From Ignavibacteriota bacterium (GTDB lineage: Bacteria; Bacteroidota; Ignavibacteria; Tepidaquicellales; OLB5), in the NCBI GenBank assembly GCA_003820375.1, contig RPQH01000016.1, forward strand, positions 11 to 64,010: a stretch of DNA of 64,000 nt, written 5' to 3'. The notes beneath the pieces are model-generated. The model did no database searches. It was not told the origin of the DNA and was given only the letters and a program-made list of their open reading frames with translations. A program made the translations under genes and the position numbers. Below are positions 52,608 through 64,000 of the stretch, piece after piece (within the stretch, counting starts at the first letter, position 1; every line of letters begins with the position of its first letter).

Positions 52608-53097
52608 TTCATCAGATTCATCATTCCGAGAACTCGCATAGGCGTCAAGTTAATGAAAAGAGGATTCGAAATAGATAAAAGACAAGGGATAATAGTATTA
52701 ATAGGCATATATTCAAATTCAGGAATAATCTTGATAAGCAATCCGGATTTAAACTACTCCATTACCCCTTGCATACTTCAATTATCCGAATATCCCTCTA
52801 TAGCAGTTATAAGCAGATAAATTTACGGAATATCAGGAATTTATGAGATGCATAATAATTATATTAATTCTCTTAGATAAATCTGCGGTTAATTAAGGTT
52901 GGCAAGGGGTAATAAGAACATTAAAGATTAGAGTTATTTATATGATTCTTAATATTATTCGTGGAACATTTATATCAATACAGTTACCCCTTGTCTTTTT
53001 TATATTTCCAATCTCCTTACCGTTAACTTGACGCCTATGCGGGTTCTCGGGATGATGAATCTGATAAATCTGATGAATTTGACAAATCTGATAAATC
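52607..53097. repeat. MITE-like non-coding element bounded by 47-bp terminal inverted repeats
   Basis: Left arm 52607-52653 (ATTCATCAGATTCATCATTCCGAGAACTCGCATAGGCGTCAAGTTAA). It is a near-perfect reverse complement of 53023-53069. The right arm continues into a 9-bp array (TCTGATAAA-like) to about 53097. The interior has three CAAGGGGT motifs. Confidence 0.6.
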
Positions 53098-53371
53098 TTA
53101 AAAGTAGGGTTCAAATATTACACAAAACCGCACCCAAACAGTCCACTTTTTCCACATAAATCCTTTTAAATTGGCCATAAATCGCAAAATCGGGCATAAA
53201 ATCAGGCACTAAAAATGTATATAATTATACAAGAGGCTTAAAATAATGTTTGATATAAATCATGAAAAATCCTGATTCAAATCATATTTTATCATAGCAC
53301 TTTTTTATTATTTTAGTATGTTCTAAGAACTAATTTATCAGATAAATTACAAGAAAGCGAGAATTTAATAA

Positions 53372-53701
53372 ATGTCTTATAAGATAACTGAAGAATGCAT
53401 AAGCTGTAACGCATGTGTGGAAGAATGTCCAAATGATGCTATTTATGAAGGCGGTTCAAACTGGACATTAGGCGACCAGACTTTTGGTGAAGGCGAAGCA
53501 CCCGAAGGATTCCAGGCAGCATTTTCATCAGATTACTATTATGTTGTTCCCGGTAAATGCACTGAATGCAAAGGGTTCTACGATGAGCCTCAGTGCGTTG
53601 GTGTATGCCCTGTTGATTGCTGTGTACCCGATGAAAACTATACTGAAGACGAAGCTGCATTATTAAGCAAAAAAGATTATTTAGACCAGGTTGGAAGATA
53701 A
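53372..53701 (+). CDS. 2x[4Fe-4S] ferredoxin (YfhL-like)
   Basis: CISCNACVEECP and CTECKGFYDEPQCVGVCPVDCC. Confidence 0.85.
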   Translation: MSYKITEECISCNACVEECPNDAIYEGGSNWTLGDQTFGEGEAPEGFQAAFSSDYYYVVPGKCTECKGFYDEPQCVGVCPVDCCVPDENYTEDEAALLSKKDYLDQVGR

Positions 53702-53724
53702 GATAATTTGATTGTTATGTTATA

Positions 53725-53752
53725 AAAGGGTTACTTGTTAACCCTTTTTTTA
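53725..53752. terminator. Bidirectional rho-independent terminator between convergent genes
   Basis: AAAGGGTTA / TAACCCTTT stem with a T-run. Confidence 0.8.
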
Positions 53753-53754
53753 TT

Positions 53755-54972
53755 TTACCGCGGAAGCTTTATGCTGAATGTTGTTCCTTTGCCAATGTGT
53801 GACTTCACACTGATATTACCTTCATGCTCTTTGATAACTTTTTTAGCAATCGAAAGTCCCAGCCCTGTACCTTTGCCGTATTCTTTTGATGAGAAGAACG
53901 GCATAAAAATTCTGTCAAGGTTTTCTTTAGGTATGCCGCTTCCCGTATCGGAAATTTCAATATAAATATTTCTTTCATCACCTGAAGTTTTTACTTTTAT
54001 TTCTCCTTCCTTTTGGATTGCCTGCATGCCGTTAGTAATTATATTTGTGAGAACCTCCTGTACCTGTGCTTTGTCAAATCTTGTGGCACCCAGGTCCTTT
54101 TCAAGCTGTTTCTTAAAGTGAATAGTCTTGCCGTCTGTAAGGTATTTGCAATTCTTAATTATCTCGTTTATAACATCATTCATTTTATTTTCCTGCTTAC
54201 TTATTGTAAGCGGCCTGGAGAAATTCAGCAAATGCCTGATTGAACGTGTAATTCTTGTTGCTTCTTCAACAATAGTTTTTAATTCCTCGTATTCCTTTTC
54301 ATTTTCTCTTTTATCGAGCAAAAGATAATCTGCGTTACCGGAAATTATATTAAGCGGATTTGAAAGACTGTGAGCAATACTGGATACAACTTCACCTATC
54401 AATGCAAGATTTTCTTTTTCCCTTAATTCCTTTTCAAGTTTTTTTACTTTGGTAATATCTCTTACTATTCCGACGGAGCCGATCATTTCATGCTGTTCAT
54501 TGTAAACAGCGAAGCGTGTTATACTGACATTTAACTTGCTCCCGTTCTTTGCAATCCGTTCGGTTTCAAAATTGGCAAGGAAACCATGCTCTATAACTTC
54601 GTTTATCAGGAAATCCTTTTCACCCTGCTTTAGCTTATGTTCGGGAAGCAGTACCTCGAAGTCACGGCCTGCCATTTCCTGGCGGGTATAACCGAATATG
54701 TTCTCTGCACCTTTGTTCCACAGGAATATTTTTGAGTCATTATCAAAACCGATTATTGCATCAATTGAATTGAGAATGATATCGGAGAAGAATTTTTCAT
54801 GTGCGGATTTGCCTTCTCTCATAAGCTGTATCATATCTTTGAGAGAAGTTCCGAGTGTTTCTAATATAAAATTATATTCTTCATCGCTTAGCTTTGACTC
54901 AAACCTGTTCCTCAAAGCTTCCAGAATAGCAGTCTTATACTTATCATATTCAGCAATTATTAATTGTTCCAT
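53755..54972 (-). CDS. Cytoplasmic PAS-domain sensor histidine kinase
   Basis: PAS region (IIGFDNDSKIFLWNKGAENIFGYTRQEMAGR). H-box SSIAHSLSNPLN, N-box LTNIITNGMQA, G-boxes ISDTGSGIP and GTGLGLSIAKK. No TM helix. Confidence 0.88.
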   Translation of the reverse strand: MEQLIIAEYDKYKTAILEALRNRFESKLSDEEYNFILETLGTSLKDMIQLMREGKSAHEKFFSDIILNSIDAIIGFDNDSKIFLWNKGAENIFGYTRQEMAGRDFEVLLPEHKLKQGEKDFLINEVIEHGFLANFETERIAKNGSKLNVSITRFAVYNEQHEMIGSVGIVRDITKVKKLEKELREKENLALIGEVVSSIAHSLSNPLNIISGNADYLLLDKRENEKEYEELKTIVEEATRITRSIRHLLNFSRPLTISKQENKMNDVINEIIKNCKYLTDGKTIHFKKQLEKDLGATRFDKAQVQEVLTNIITNGMQAIQKEGEIKVKTSGDERNIYIEISDTGSGIPKENLDRIFMPFFSSKEYGKGTGLGLSIAKKVIKEHEGNISVKSHIGKGTTFSIKLPR

Positions 54973-55264
54973 AAATAACTGCAGTTACACCTTTGCCATA
55001 AGTATGTTTAAATTAAGCATTTAATGCTGTTCAAATTTTTGGGATTCAACAAATATAACAATCGTAATGCAAGATAATCAAGATATTGAAAAAACCTGAG
55101 CTTTTCAACGTTATTGCAATAATAAATGCAGATAAATTATTTCATATCAATAAAAAAAATTAAAGGATATATTTGTTATGAGTATTTGAAAAAATGTTTT
55201 GCTTATTAATGAAATATCTACAATTAATATTAACCCCAAACCCACATCTTATACCTAATCAGTT

Positions 55265-57955
55265 ATGAATAATTCCAGTAAGCTTGATAAAATATTTAAT
55301 CCTCACAGAATAGCATTGATTGGTGTTACAATTAACCCCAATAGTGTCGGAGGAAAAGTATTATCCAATTTAGTAGGCAGCGGATTTAAAGGAGTTATAT
55401 ATCCTGTAAATCCTGATAGTGAAGCAGTAATGGGAATACCATGTTTTCCCGGTTTGCAATCCTTACCAAAAATTCCTGAGCTGGCTGTTATTTGCTCACC
55501 TGCAAAGCAGGTTCCTGAATGGGTGCGTAAATGCGGCGAAGCAGGCATATTCGGCATTATTATTATGTCTGCAGGTTTCCGTGAAATTGGTGATGAAGGA
55601 AAAGAACTTGAACAGCAGATAATAAATGAAATGAAAAAGTTTGACGGAATGAGAATAATCGGTCCTAACTGTCTTGGTATAATTGTTCCATCATTAAATT
55701 TAAATGTAAGCTTTGGTCCAGGAATGCCTAAAGCAGGTAATATTGCTTTTATATCACAATCAGGTGCATTGTGTACATCCGTACTTGACTGGGCAATGGA
55801 AGAAAAGATTGGATTCTCTAATTTCGTTTCTATCGGTAATGCTCTGGATGTTGATTTTGGTGACCTGATAGATTACTTCGGCGAAGATGAAAAGACAAAA
55901 TCAATATTAATGTATATTGAATCGATAAAGAATGCGCGTAATTTCATGACAGCAGCACGTTCATTTGCAAGGACCAAACCGATAGTTGCATACAAAGCGG
56001 GAAGATTTCCCGAATCTGCGGAAGTGGCGGCTTCTCATACAGGTGCTATAGCGGCGGAAGATAATATTTATGATGCGGCATTCAAGAGAATGGGTGTTGC
56101 ACGTGTATTTGAAATAGGTGATATATTTGATTGTGCTGAACTTATAGGTCATAACAAAATACCACAGGGCTCACGGCTTGCAATAGTCACAAATGCGGGA
56201 GGTCCGGGTGTGATGGCTACTGATGCCCTGATAGCTCTTGACGGTGAGCTTGCTAAGTTTTCGGATGATACATACAAAAGCTTAAATGAAAATCTTCCTG
56301 CTTATTGGTCACATGCTAACCCTGTTGATGTATTGGGAGATGCACCTTCAAAAAGAATCGGTAAAGCAGTCGAAATAGTATTGGCAGATAAAAATGTAGA
56401 TGCAGTGCTTGTAATACTGACGCCGCAGGCAATGACAAATCCGACTGCAGCGGCAAAATCTATTTCACTTCTTTCAGAAAGCTCACGGAAACCGGTAATT
56501 GCCGCATGGCTTGGCGGCGGGAAAATGAAAGAAGGAATTAAGATATTAAATGATGCAGGAATTGCGACATACGGCACTCCCGAACAGGGTGTAAATGCAT
56601 TCATGACATTGGTTGCTTATGCACGCAATCTTGAAAGCTTGTATGAAACTCCGCGTGATATTCCTGTTGAGTTTACAGATGAATGGATAAAGATGAGGAA
56701 GGAATTTAATACAATTATTTCAAATAACGGCTCAACCTTAACTGAAGATATTTCTAAAAAATTACTATCAGCATACGGCATACCTGTTACAACACCAAGA
56801 CCGGCATATACGCAGGATGAAGCCGCAAAAATAGCAGAAGAAATTGGCTATCCTGTTGTTGTGAAAATATTATCAAAAGCGATTTCGCATAAGTCGGATG
56901 TTGGAGGAGTTATATTAAATGTGCAGAATGAAGCCATGGTTCGCAATGCATTTGAACAGATATTCAGGAATGCAAATGAAAAAATGCCCGGTGCAAAAGT
57001 AGAAGGTGTGACAATTCAAAAGATGATAATTGCAAAAGAGACAGTTGAGATGATAATGGGAATTAAAAAAGACCCTGTGTTTGGCAGTATTGTAATGACG
57101 GGAATGGGAGGAATTACAGCGGAACTGTTCAAAGATTCTGCAATTGGTTTCCCGCCTTTAAATGAACGCCTCGCATATAAAATGCTTGAATCATTAAAAA
57201 TATGGCCATTATTAAGAGGGTATAGGGGAAGAAAACCTGTTAATGTTGATAAGCTTATTGAGATATTAATACGCCTATCATATTTATGTGCTGATTTTCC
57301 GGAGATAAAAGAGCTTGATATTAATCCGCTCCTTGTAACCGATAAAGAAGTTATTGCACTTGATGCAAGAGTGGTTCTTGATAAAGAAAGCAATTATAAA
57401 AAATCACTTCCATATTCACATCTTGCAATTAAGCCATACCCTGAAGAATATGTAAGAGAGATACAGCTTCTTGACGGCACAAATATTACACTGCGTCCTA
57501 TTAAGCCGGAAGATGAACCTTTATGGCTTGAATTGCTAGCTAGCTGTTCGAAGGAATCTATTTATTCACGGTTCAGGTATTTCTTTCACTGGGACTCACA
57601 CGAAGTTGCAACGCATTACTGCTATATAGATTATGACAGGGAAATTGCAATTGTTGCAGAAATAATCGAAGACGGCAAAAAAAAATTACTTGGTGTAGGC
57701 AGGTTAATTGCTGACCCTGAGCATGAAACAGTTGAATATGCAATTCTAGTCAGTGATGCATGGCAGAATAAAGACCTCGGAAGCATACTAACTGATTTCT
57801 GCTTCGAAGTGGCCAACCGCTGGGGATTGAAAAAAATTGTTGCTCAAACAACGACGGATAATAACAGGATGATTTCAGTATTTAAGAAAAGAGGATTTGA
57901 AATTAAAACAGATGTGCATTCGGAACTGGTTGAAGTTGAGAAAGAGCTTGAATGA
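55265..57955 (+). CDS. Pat/YfiQ-type protein lysine acetyltransferase (ADP-forming acyl-CoA synthetase-like domains fused to GNAT)
   Basis: N-terminal CoA-binding (IALIGVT...VYPVNP), a succinyl-CoA-synthetase-like domain, an ATP-grasp region, and a C-terminal GNAT (WQNKDLGSILTDF...). Confidence 0.85.
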   Translation: MNNSSKLDKIFNPHRIALIGVTINPNSVGGKVLSNLVGSGFKGVIYPVNPDSEAVMGIPCFPGLQSLPKIPELAVICSPAKQVPEWVRKCGEAGIFGIIIMSAGFREIGDEGKELEQQIINEMKKFDGMRIIGPNCLGIIVPSLNLNVSFGPGMPKAGNIAFISQSGALCTSVLDWAMEEKIGFSNFVSIGNALDVDFGDLIDYFGEDEKTKSILMYIESIKNARNFMTAARSFARTKPIVAYKAGRFPESAEVAASHTGAIAAEDNIYDAAFKRMGVARVFEIGDIFDCAELIGHNKIPQGSRLAIVTNAGGPGVMATDALIALDGELAKFSDDTYKSLNENLPAYWSHANPVDVLGDAPSKRIGKAVEIVLADKNVDAVLVILTPQAMTNPTAAAKSISLLSESSRKPVIAAWLGGGKMKEGIKILNDAGIATYGTPEQGVNAFMTLVAYARNLESLYETPRDIPVEFTDEWIKMRKEFNTIISNNGSTLTEDISKKLLSAYGIPVTTPRPAYTQDEAAKIAEEIGYPVVVKILSKAISHKSDVGGVILNVQNEAMVRNAFEQIFRNANEKMPGAKVEGVTIQKMIIAKETVEMIMGIKKDPVFGSIVMTGMGGITAELFKDSAIGFPPLNERLAYKMLESLKIWPLLRGYRGRKPVNVDKLIEILIRLSYLCADFPEIKELDINPLLVTDKEVIALDARVVLDKESNYKKSLPYSHLAIKPYPEEYVREIQLLDGTNITLRPIKPEDEPLWLELLASCSKESIYSRFRYFFHWDSHEVATHYCYIDYDREIAIVAEIIEDGKKKLLGVGRLIADPEHETVEYAILVSDAWQNKDLGSILTDFCFEVANRWGLKKIVAQTTTDNNRMISVFKKRGFEIKTDVHSELVEVEKELE

Positions 57956-58006
57956 TTTTGAATTTACTGCTGTTTACTTTCACGTGAGCACAGTTTATAA
58001 GTGAAC

Positions 58007-58035
58007 AAGGGGAGAAATGATGTTCCCCTTTTTAT
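58007..58035 (+). terminator. Rho-independent terminator between convergent genes
   Basis: AAGGGGA / TCCCCTT stem followed by a T-run. Confidence 0.7.
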
Positions 58036-58074
58036 TAAATTTTCAAAAAATTTAATTATAAAAATCCTTTTACT

Positions 58075-59517
58075 TTAAAAACTTGTTTTAAAAAAGAAAT
58101 ATCTCCATTGCTTTAATGCATCTGAAGCATTAGTAAGTTCCATTCCAGTATATTGCTTGTAAACCTCCTGAGCTTGCAGTTTTTCATCATCTCTGCCAAA
58201 CATAAATATTCCTATGCAGTTAAGTTGTATTACCATAGGCATTTCCTGGTCAAGATATTGATTCCATTGTTCCATTGATATGGTTTCATTCATCATATGT
58301 GCAAAGCCTAAATTTAGAAAGATGCTCATAGAATCACGGTTAGCTTTGTTTTTAATGAAATAGCCAGTAAGTCTTTGTCTAAAGTTTTGAGAGCATAAAT
58401 AGTTTAAATAATTTGTAGTATCATTAGCTATATAGTTTTCCCATTCTTCTGAGCTTTCAAAATTTTTCCCCGTTATAGTCTTAAGACTTTTTAAAGCATA
58501 ATTATAATAACCTGATAAGACTACATTAGTTTTTGAATATTTATTAAATAATTTAATTTTCCTTAAGTCACCTATAAATGTATTCTTACTAAAAATGAAG
58601 CATGCATCATGCCCACCCAAACGTCCTTCACTCTTTAGAATAAATCCATCATAATCATTAGTGTTAATATACGGAAAATTGAAGTCTTTACTTTGCAGGA
58701 ATATATTTTCTGTTTTCACCTGGTAAAACTCAGGGCTATTTAACATTTCATATGGCATATCCACCTGTTCTATACTTAATACATTTTCTTCACCAAATTT
58801 ATCTTTCAGGAAATATGCTAAATAATATCCCATAGCTTCATCATCATTTAATGAAGGAACAAATCTTTTTTTTGATGTTTTGTTTTTAATGAGATGAGCA
58901 TCCCCTGTAAATATAAGCAGCTTTGTATCTGGATTTTCAATTGCGTATTTAATAATTCTCAAAGCAGCTAGACTATCTCTGGTATTAACGAAATATAATG
59001 ATAGATCATGTTCAGGCATATTCCACAATGAAGTATCCGATATATCCGTGGCTTCGGTTGCTTGTATGTCAAAAAATAATTTCTTTTCTTCAAGACTTTG
59101 CTTATTTAAAATCCTGACTTCATCAGAAAATGTTTTCAGGTCCATAAAAAACTCTACCATCTCAATTGAAATAAATGGATAAAAATAATTAATAAGAGAA
59201 TCAAGCTTCCCATTATTAATATACAAATTTAGTAATTCAACTATGCTTGGTGAAGACTCAAGAAAAAGAGTAAGATGGGTTATTTTTGATTTATCCTTAG
59301 TAACTTCATCTGACCAATTCTTAAGAAATGATATTATACCCTGATAAGGTCCAGGAGCACTGTGAAAATAGTCACCAAGCATCAATATCTTAGAATCCTC
59401 TAGTTTATGTAGAAGATAATGGTTTGGATTTGGTTCATATTTTTTGGTTTGTCCACAGGAAGAAACGGAAGAAAAAGTTATTAAAATAATCAGGATTGAT
59501 TTGAAATATTTATTCAT
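58075..59517 (-). CDS. Hypothetical lipoprotein (480 aa)
   Basis: Lipobox-like SSVSSCGQ. No confident domain. Confidence 0.5.
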   Translation of the reverse strand: MNKYFKSILIILITFSSVSSCGQTKKYEPNPNHYLLHKLEDSKILMLGDYFHSAPGPYQGIISFLKNWSDEVTKDKSKITHLTLFLESSPSIVELLNLYINNGKLDSLINYFYPFISIEMVEFFMDLKTFSDEVRILNKQSLEEKKLFFDIQATEATDISDTSLWNMPEHDLSLYFVNTRDSLAALRIIKYAIENPDTKLLIFTGDAHLIKNKTSKKRFVPSLNDDEAMGYYLAYFLKDKFGEENVLSIEQVDMPYEMLNSPEFYQVKTENIFLQSKDFNFPYINTNDYDGFILKSEGRLGGHDACFIFSKNTFIGDLRKIKLFNKYSKTNVVLSGYYNYALKSLKTITGKNFESSEEWENYIANDTTNYLNYLCSQNFRQRLTGYFIKNKANRDSMSIFLNLGFAHMMNETISMEQWNQYLDQEMPMVIQLNCIGIFMFGRDDEKLQAQEVYKQYTGMELTNASDALKQWRYFFFKTSF

Positions 59518-59555
59518 TTTTTTTCAGAATTGTTTATCAACTCTTGAGGATTAAT

Positions 59556-60302
59556 TTAAATAAATTTCAACGATTTAATCAATAAAAAAGGTGGTCTTTT
59601 TCTTTCTTCTAATAATTCAGGTCTGTTAACTTCATCTAATTCATTAGCATGTGGTTCTAATATTTTTAAGATTTTAAAGTTATTCTCTATTAATTGATTC
59701 ATTATTGTTGAAATTGTTCTATGATACTTAATTACATCTTTTACAAACCATTTATTATTTCTTATCCCTTCATCAGAATAAGAATCAACTTTCCAAAACA
59801 TTTTTATGCCATTTTCATCTCTTACCCATTTTGAATTATAATTAAGTATACAGGTTACTAAAGGGTGCTCAATAGAAAAAATGAAATAGCCGGATTCTTT
59901 TAGGGATCTATTTACTTTATTAAATATGTCATTAATATCTTTGATATAATGCAAAGCTAACGAACTAACAACAATATCATATTCATTTTCTTTATATAAA
60001 AAATCTTCCATAGGAATTGTTTCTATAAATATGTTTTCAAATATTTGGGATTTTTCTTTTGCAATACTTGTCATTTTCTCTGATATATCAATTCCGGTTA
60101 TTATATTTGCACCAAGTTCCTTAAACTTTAAACATAAATCTCCCATACCACACCCTAAATCTAAAATTGATTTGTCCCTAACATCAGGTAAAAGTGATAG
60201 CATAGCAGGGATTTCGATAGAATCATTTAACCCTTCACCAGTTTCTCTCATTAATTTGTAATTATCAAAGAAAATATCATTATCATATATGTTTTGTTTC
60301 AT
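59556..60302 (-). CDS. Class I SAM-dependent methyltransferase
   Basis: Motif I ILDLGCGMGDL and motif post-I GIDISEKM. Confidence 0.85.
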   Translation of the reverse strand: MKQNIYDNDIFFDNYKLMRETGEGLNDSIEIPAMLSLLPDVRDKSILDLGCGMGDLCLKFKELGANIITGIDISEKMTSIAKEKSQIFENIFIETIPMEDFLYKENEYDIVVSSLALHYIKDINDIFNKVNRSLKESGYFIFSIEHPLVTCILNYNSKWVRDENGIKMFWKVDSYSDEGIRNNKWFVKDVIKYHRTISTIMNQLIENNFKILKILEPHANELDEVNRPELLEERKRPPFLLIKSLKFI

Positions 60303-60571
60303 ATTTTATAAGTTTTATTACTATGAAGTATATTCTAAAAAAATTTCAAGAATTAATAATATAATCATTAAGATAAATAAATATTAATACTTAAGATATG
60401 AAATTTACTTTATTGCTTTTTGACTATCCCTTTTAAACAGAGTTTTTTATCTATTCAAATATTAATAGAAAGGAAAGATAATATGTACTACGAATTAAAA
60501 AACACACAAAATTGTTAAAAAAGAGAACATAGTAAATCTCAGCTTATCAAACTTTCTTCCCTCATTGCTAA

Positions 60572-61642
<1,071 letters not shown>

Positions 61643-61657
61643 AAAAGTAAATTTATA

Positions 61658-61683
61658 TCACCCGTCCCTAAAAAGACGGGTGA
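61658..61683 (+). terminator. Hairpin after gap (weak terminator)
   Basis: TCACCCGTC / GACGGGTGA stem with a poor T-run. Confidence 0.4.
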
Positions 61684-61735
61684 ACTATTTATAAGGAGCT
61701 TACCCGGATAAGCTGATTGATAAGGAGTATATTTA

Positions 61736-62941
61736 ATGAACAAACTGACTATTGATGATCTTGCGGGAGCCGGTGAACTGAAATCGAAGCGTGTACTTGT
61801 AAGGGTTGATTTTAATGTGCCAATGTCTAAAGAAGAGGAAGGGAAAATTACTGATGATAAAAGAATTGTTGAATCACTTCCTACTATAAACAAAATAATA
61901 TCCGAAGGCGGAAGATGCATCTTAATGAGCCACCTCGGACGCCCCAAAGGTGAAGCTAATCTGAAATATTCTCTGAAACCTGCTGCAGAACACCTTTCAA
62001 AATTAATTAACCGTCCTGTTCAATTTGCGAAAGACTGTATTGGTGATGAAACCAAAAATATGGTTAATAGCATGAAAGACGGCGATGTGCTTTTACTTGA
62101 AAATCTTCGCTTCCACAAAGAAGAAGAAAAAAATGATGAAGCATTTGCAAAAGAGCTTGCATCACTTGGTGATGTATATGTGAATGATGCATTTGGTTCT
62201 GCTCACCGTGCGCATGCATCAACAGAGGGTGTTACAAGGTTTATTTCAAAAAGTGCCGCGGGATATTTAATGCAGAAAGAGCTGGAATATTTATCCAAGG
62301 TAATAACCAATCCCGAAAGACCATTTATTGCAATTCTTGGCGGAAGTAAAATATCAGGCAAGATCGATGTAATCCATAACTTACTGCCAAAAGCAGATAA
62401 AGTACTCGTTGGCGGCGGAATGGTTTTTACATTCTATAAAGCTATGGGATATGAGATTGGCAAATCACTTCTCGAAGAAGATAAGATAGAGCTTGCAAAA
62501 CAATTACTCAGCGAAGCGAAAGATAAACTGCTTCTTCCTATTGATATTGTTGTGGCAGATAAATTTGAAAATGAAGCGGCATCAAAAGTTGTAAATGCAA
62601 ACCAAATACCTGCTGATATGATTGGTCTGGATATAGGACCTGAGACAATAATAAAATTCAGGGATGAAATACTTGGAGCAAAGACAATAGTATGGAACGG
62701 ACCAATGGGTGTATTTGAAATGGAGAATTTTGCCAAAGGCACGTTTGAGATAGCAGAAGCACTTGCAGATTCAACAAAGAACGGAGCAGTAACGGTAATC
62801 GGCGGTGGTGATTCAGCTGCAGCAATTGCAAAAGCAGGTCTTGAAAAAGAAGTAAGCCATGTTTCAACCGGCGGCGGTGCAAGCCTGGAGTTTCTTGAAG
62901 GGAAAACCTTGCCCGGCGTTGAAGCTTTGAGTGATAAATAA
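61736..62941 (+). CDS. pgk: Phosphoglycerate kinase
   Basis: [35 protein letters not shown] and STGGGA are PGK hallmarks. Confidence 0.95.
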   Translation: MNKLTIDDLAGAGELKSKRVLVRVDFNVPMSKEEEGKITDDKRIVESLPTINKIISEGGRCILMSHLGRPKGEANLKYSLKPAAEHLSKLINRPVQFAKDCIGDETKNMVNSMKDGDVLLLENLRFHKEEEKNDEAFAKELASLGDVYVNDAFGSAHRAHASTEGVTRFISKSAAGYLMQKELEYLSKVITNPERPFIAILGGSKISGKIDVIHNLLPKADKVLVGGGMVFTFYKAMGYEIGKSLLEEDKIELAKQLLSEAKDKLLLPIDIVVADKFENEAASKVVNANQIPADMIGLDIGPETIIKFRDEILGAKTIVWNGPMGVFEMENFAKGTFEIAEALADSTKNGAVTVIGGGDSAAAIAKAGLEKEVSHVSTGGGASLEFLEGKTLPGVEALSDK

Positions 62942-62970
62942 TTAACTCTTAATAAGAAATAATTTAATCA

Positions 62971-64000
62971 ATGAAAAACGACAAAAAGAAATTTAAGAAG
63001 GTTAAAAAAGAAGTTAAGTTCAAATATCCAAAAACTCCTCAGTTTCTTGACAGGAATGAATCGCAGACAGGTCCTTGTCCTGAAGTATATCAATTTCTGA
63101 AGAAACTTGACCTTGACCATCTTTCATGGTATTCAAGAGATTTCATGAAGGGAATCAAATCACGGCTTTCAAAAAAGATTGCTGATGATTTCGGGTTTGA
63201 CGAGAAACATGTTCTTCTCAGCTATGGAAGTGAAGACCTGTTAAAACAGATAATTCACTGCTATGTTAATCCCGGTGATAAAATTATGATACCGCATGAA
63301 GCATGGTGGTATTATAAAAAAGTAGCATCCGAACGCGGCGGGTTAAATGCTGAATACCCGATGAGAAGAGGGACACTTGACGGCTGTGCTTATTTCCATT
63401 ATGATGTGGATGACATGATTGAAATTTACAACAGGGAAAAGCCAAAGGTTGTTGTGGTCGCATCTCCTAATAATCCTACAGGCAACAGGATCGATTACAA
63501 AGATTTAAAGAAATTCCTTGATGCAAGTAAAGATACTGTTGTAATGATTGATGAAGCATACTGGGGATTCGGCTCAACCGATAACAGCTATGTAAAACCA
63601 TACATTGAGGAATATCCGAAACTTGTTATCTGCAGAACATTCTCGAAATTCTTTGCTCTTGCAGGAGTGAGAATCGGCTTTGCATTTGCTGGCAGAGGTC
63701 TTGATGTACTTATCAACTTCACAACCCGTTACCTTGGATATAACAGGATATCCGAGCGTCTCGGCGAGATAGCACTTGATAATATTAAGTGGTATCTGAA
63801 GGTCGGCAAGCAGTATGAAAAAGATAAAGAAATGTTCATTAAGGAATTCAACAAGTTGAAAGGATTTGTACCTTATAAATCATATGCAAACTTTATGCTT
63901 GTGGATATTCCGCTTGAGATAAGAAGCGGCTTGAAGAAATATCTTGTTGAGAGAAATTTATTGGTAAAATTCCTTGATGAAGAAGCATTCAGAAGTGAAG
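62971..64000 (+). CDS. Class I/II pyridoxal-phosphate aminotransferase (histidinol-phosphate aminotransferase-like), 3' end truncated by the window
   Basis: ATG at 62971, open to the window end. VVASPNNPTGN and CRTFSKFFALAGVRIGFA (PLP-Lys motif SK). Not in the ORF track because no stop is present. Confidence 0.8.
   Translation, partial: MKNDKKKFKKVKKEVKFKYPKTPQFLDRNESQTGPCPEVYQFLKKLDLDHLSWYSRDFMKGIKSRLSKKIADDFGFDEKHVLLSYGSEDLLKQIIHCYVNPGDKIMIPHEAWWYYKKVASERGGLNAEYPMRRGTLDGCAYFHYDVDDMIEIYNREKPKVVVVASPNNPTGNRIDYKDLKKFLDASKDTVVMIDEAYWGFGSTDNSYVKPYIEEYPKLVICRTFSKFFALAGVRIGFAFAGRGLDVLINFTTRYLGYNRISERLGEIALDNIKWYLKVGKQYEKDKEMFIKEFNKLKGFVPYKSYANFMLVDIPLEIRSGLKKYLVERNLLVKFLDEEAFRSE

Noticed and set aside
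52421-52741. 106-aa minus-strand ORF
   Set aside because: It overlaps the 3' end of the T9SS gene, its terminator and the left inverted repeat. The sequence is implausible as a protein.

Overview
AT-rich bacterial chromosomal segment. Four proteins carry T9SS-type C-terminal sorting domains, which suggests an FCB-group organism, possibly Ignavibacteria-like (inference only). Housekeeping genes are recognisable: rsfS, the efp-accB-accC operon, ccmE/ccmF, gap-pgk, a Pat-type acetyltransferase, and a partial class I/II aminotransferase at the 3' edge. The dominant feature is a 17.7 kb minus-strand respiratory supercluster (24462-42211). It holds 8 multihaem c-type cytochromes with about 104 CXXCH/CXnCH motifs counted by eye, three FdnI/HydC-like b-type cytochromes, an NrfC/NrfD-type FeS-plus-membrane pair, and a predicted outer-membrane beta-barrel. 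A degenerate receiver-like gene and a sigma-54-like promoter sit at its head. Nearby are a sigma-54-dependent response regulator, a PAS histidine kinase, and two further haem-motif proteins with T9SS sorting domains. I read this as a candidate, largely uncharacterised extracellular electron-transfer system. Other accessory content: (i) an AT-rich island (18330-24460) between the ccm genes and the cytochrome cluster, carrying a tightly coupled operon of a PD-(D/E)xK-like protein, a Ser/Thr kinase and a 392-aa unknown (candidate defence or conflict system); (ii) an AT-rich minus-strand block (2230-11839) with a WG-repeat protein ending in a Hint autoprocessing domain, a vWA protein, DUF805-GYF, coiled-coil and membrane proteins, and a Lon-like (S16) membrane protein with FG-GAP-like repeats; (iii) unusual intergenic repeats, including a roughly 0.5 kb composite element present twice whose conserved blocks are separated by tandem arrays of conserved period (9 and 11 bp) but different unit sequence, a 47-bp terminal-inverted-repeat element, and a nested palindrome inside the cytochrome cluster. 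No rRNA, tRNA, CRISPR array, transposase or integrase was recognised. All domain calls come from reading motifs in the translations; no database search was run.
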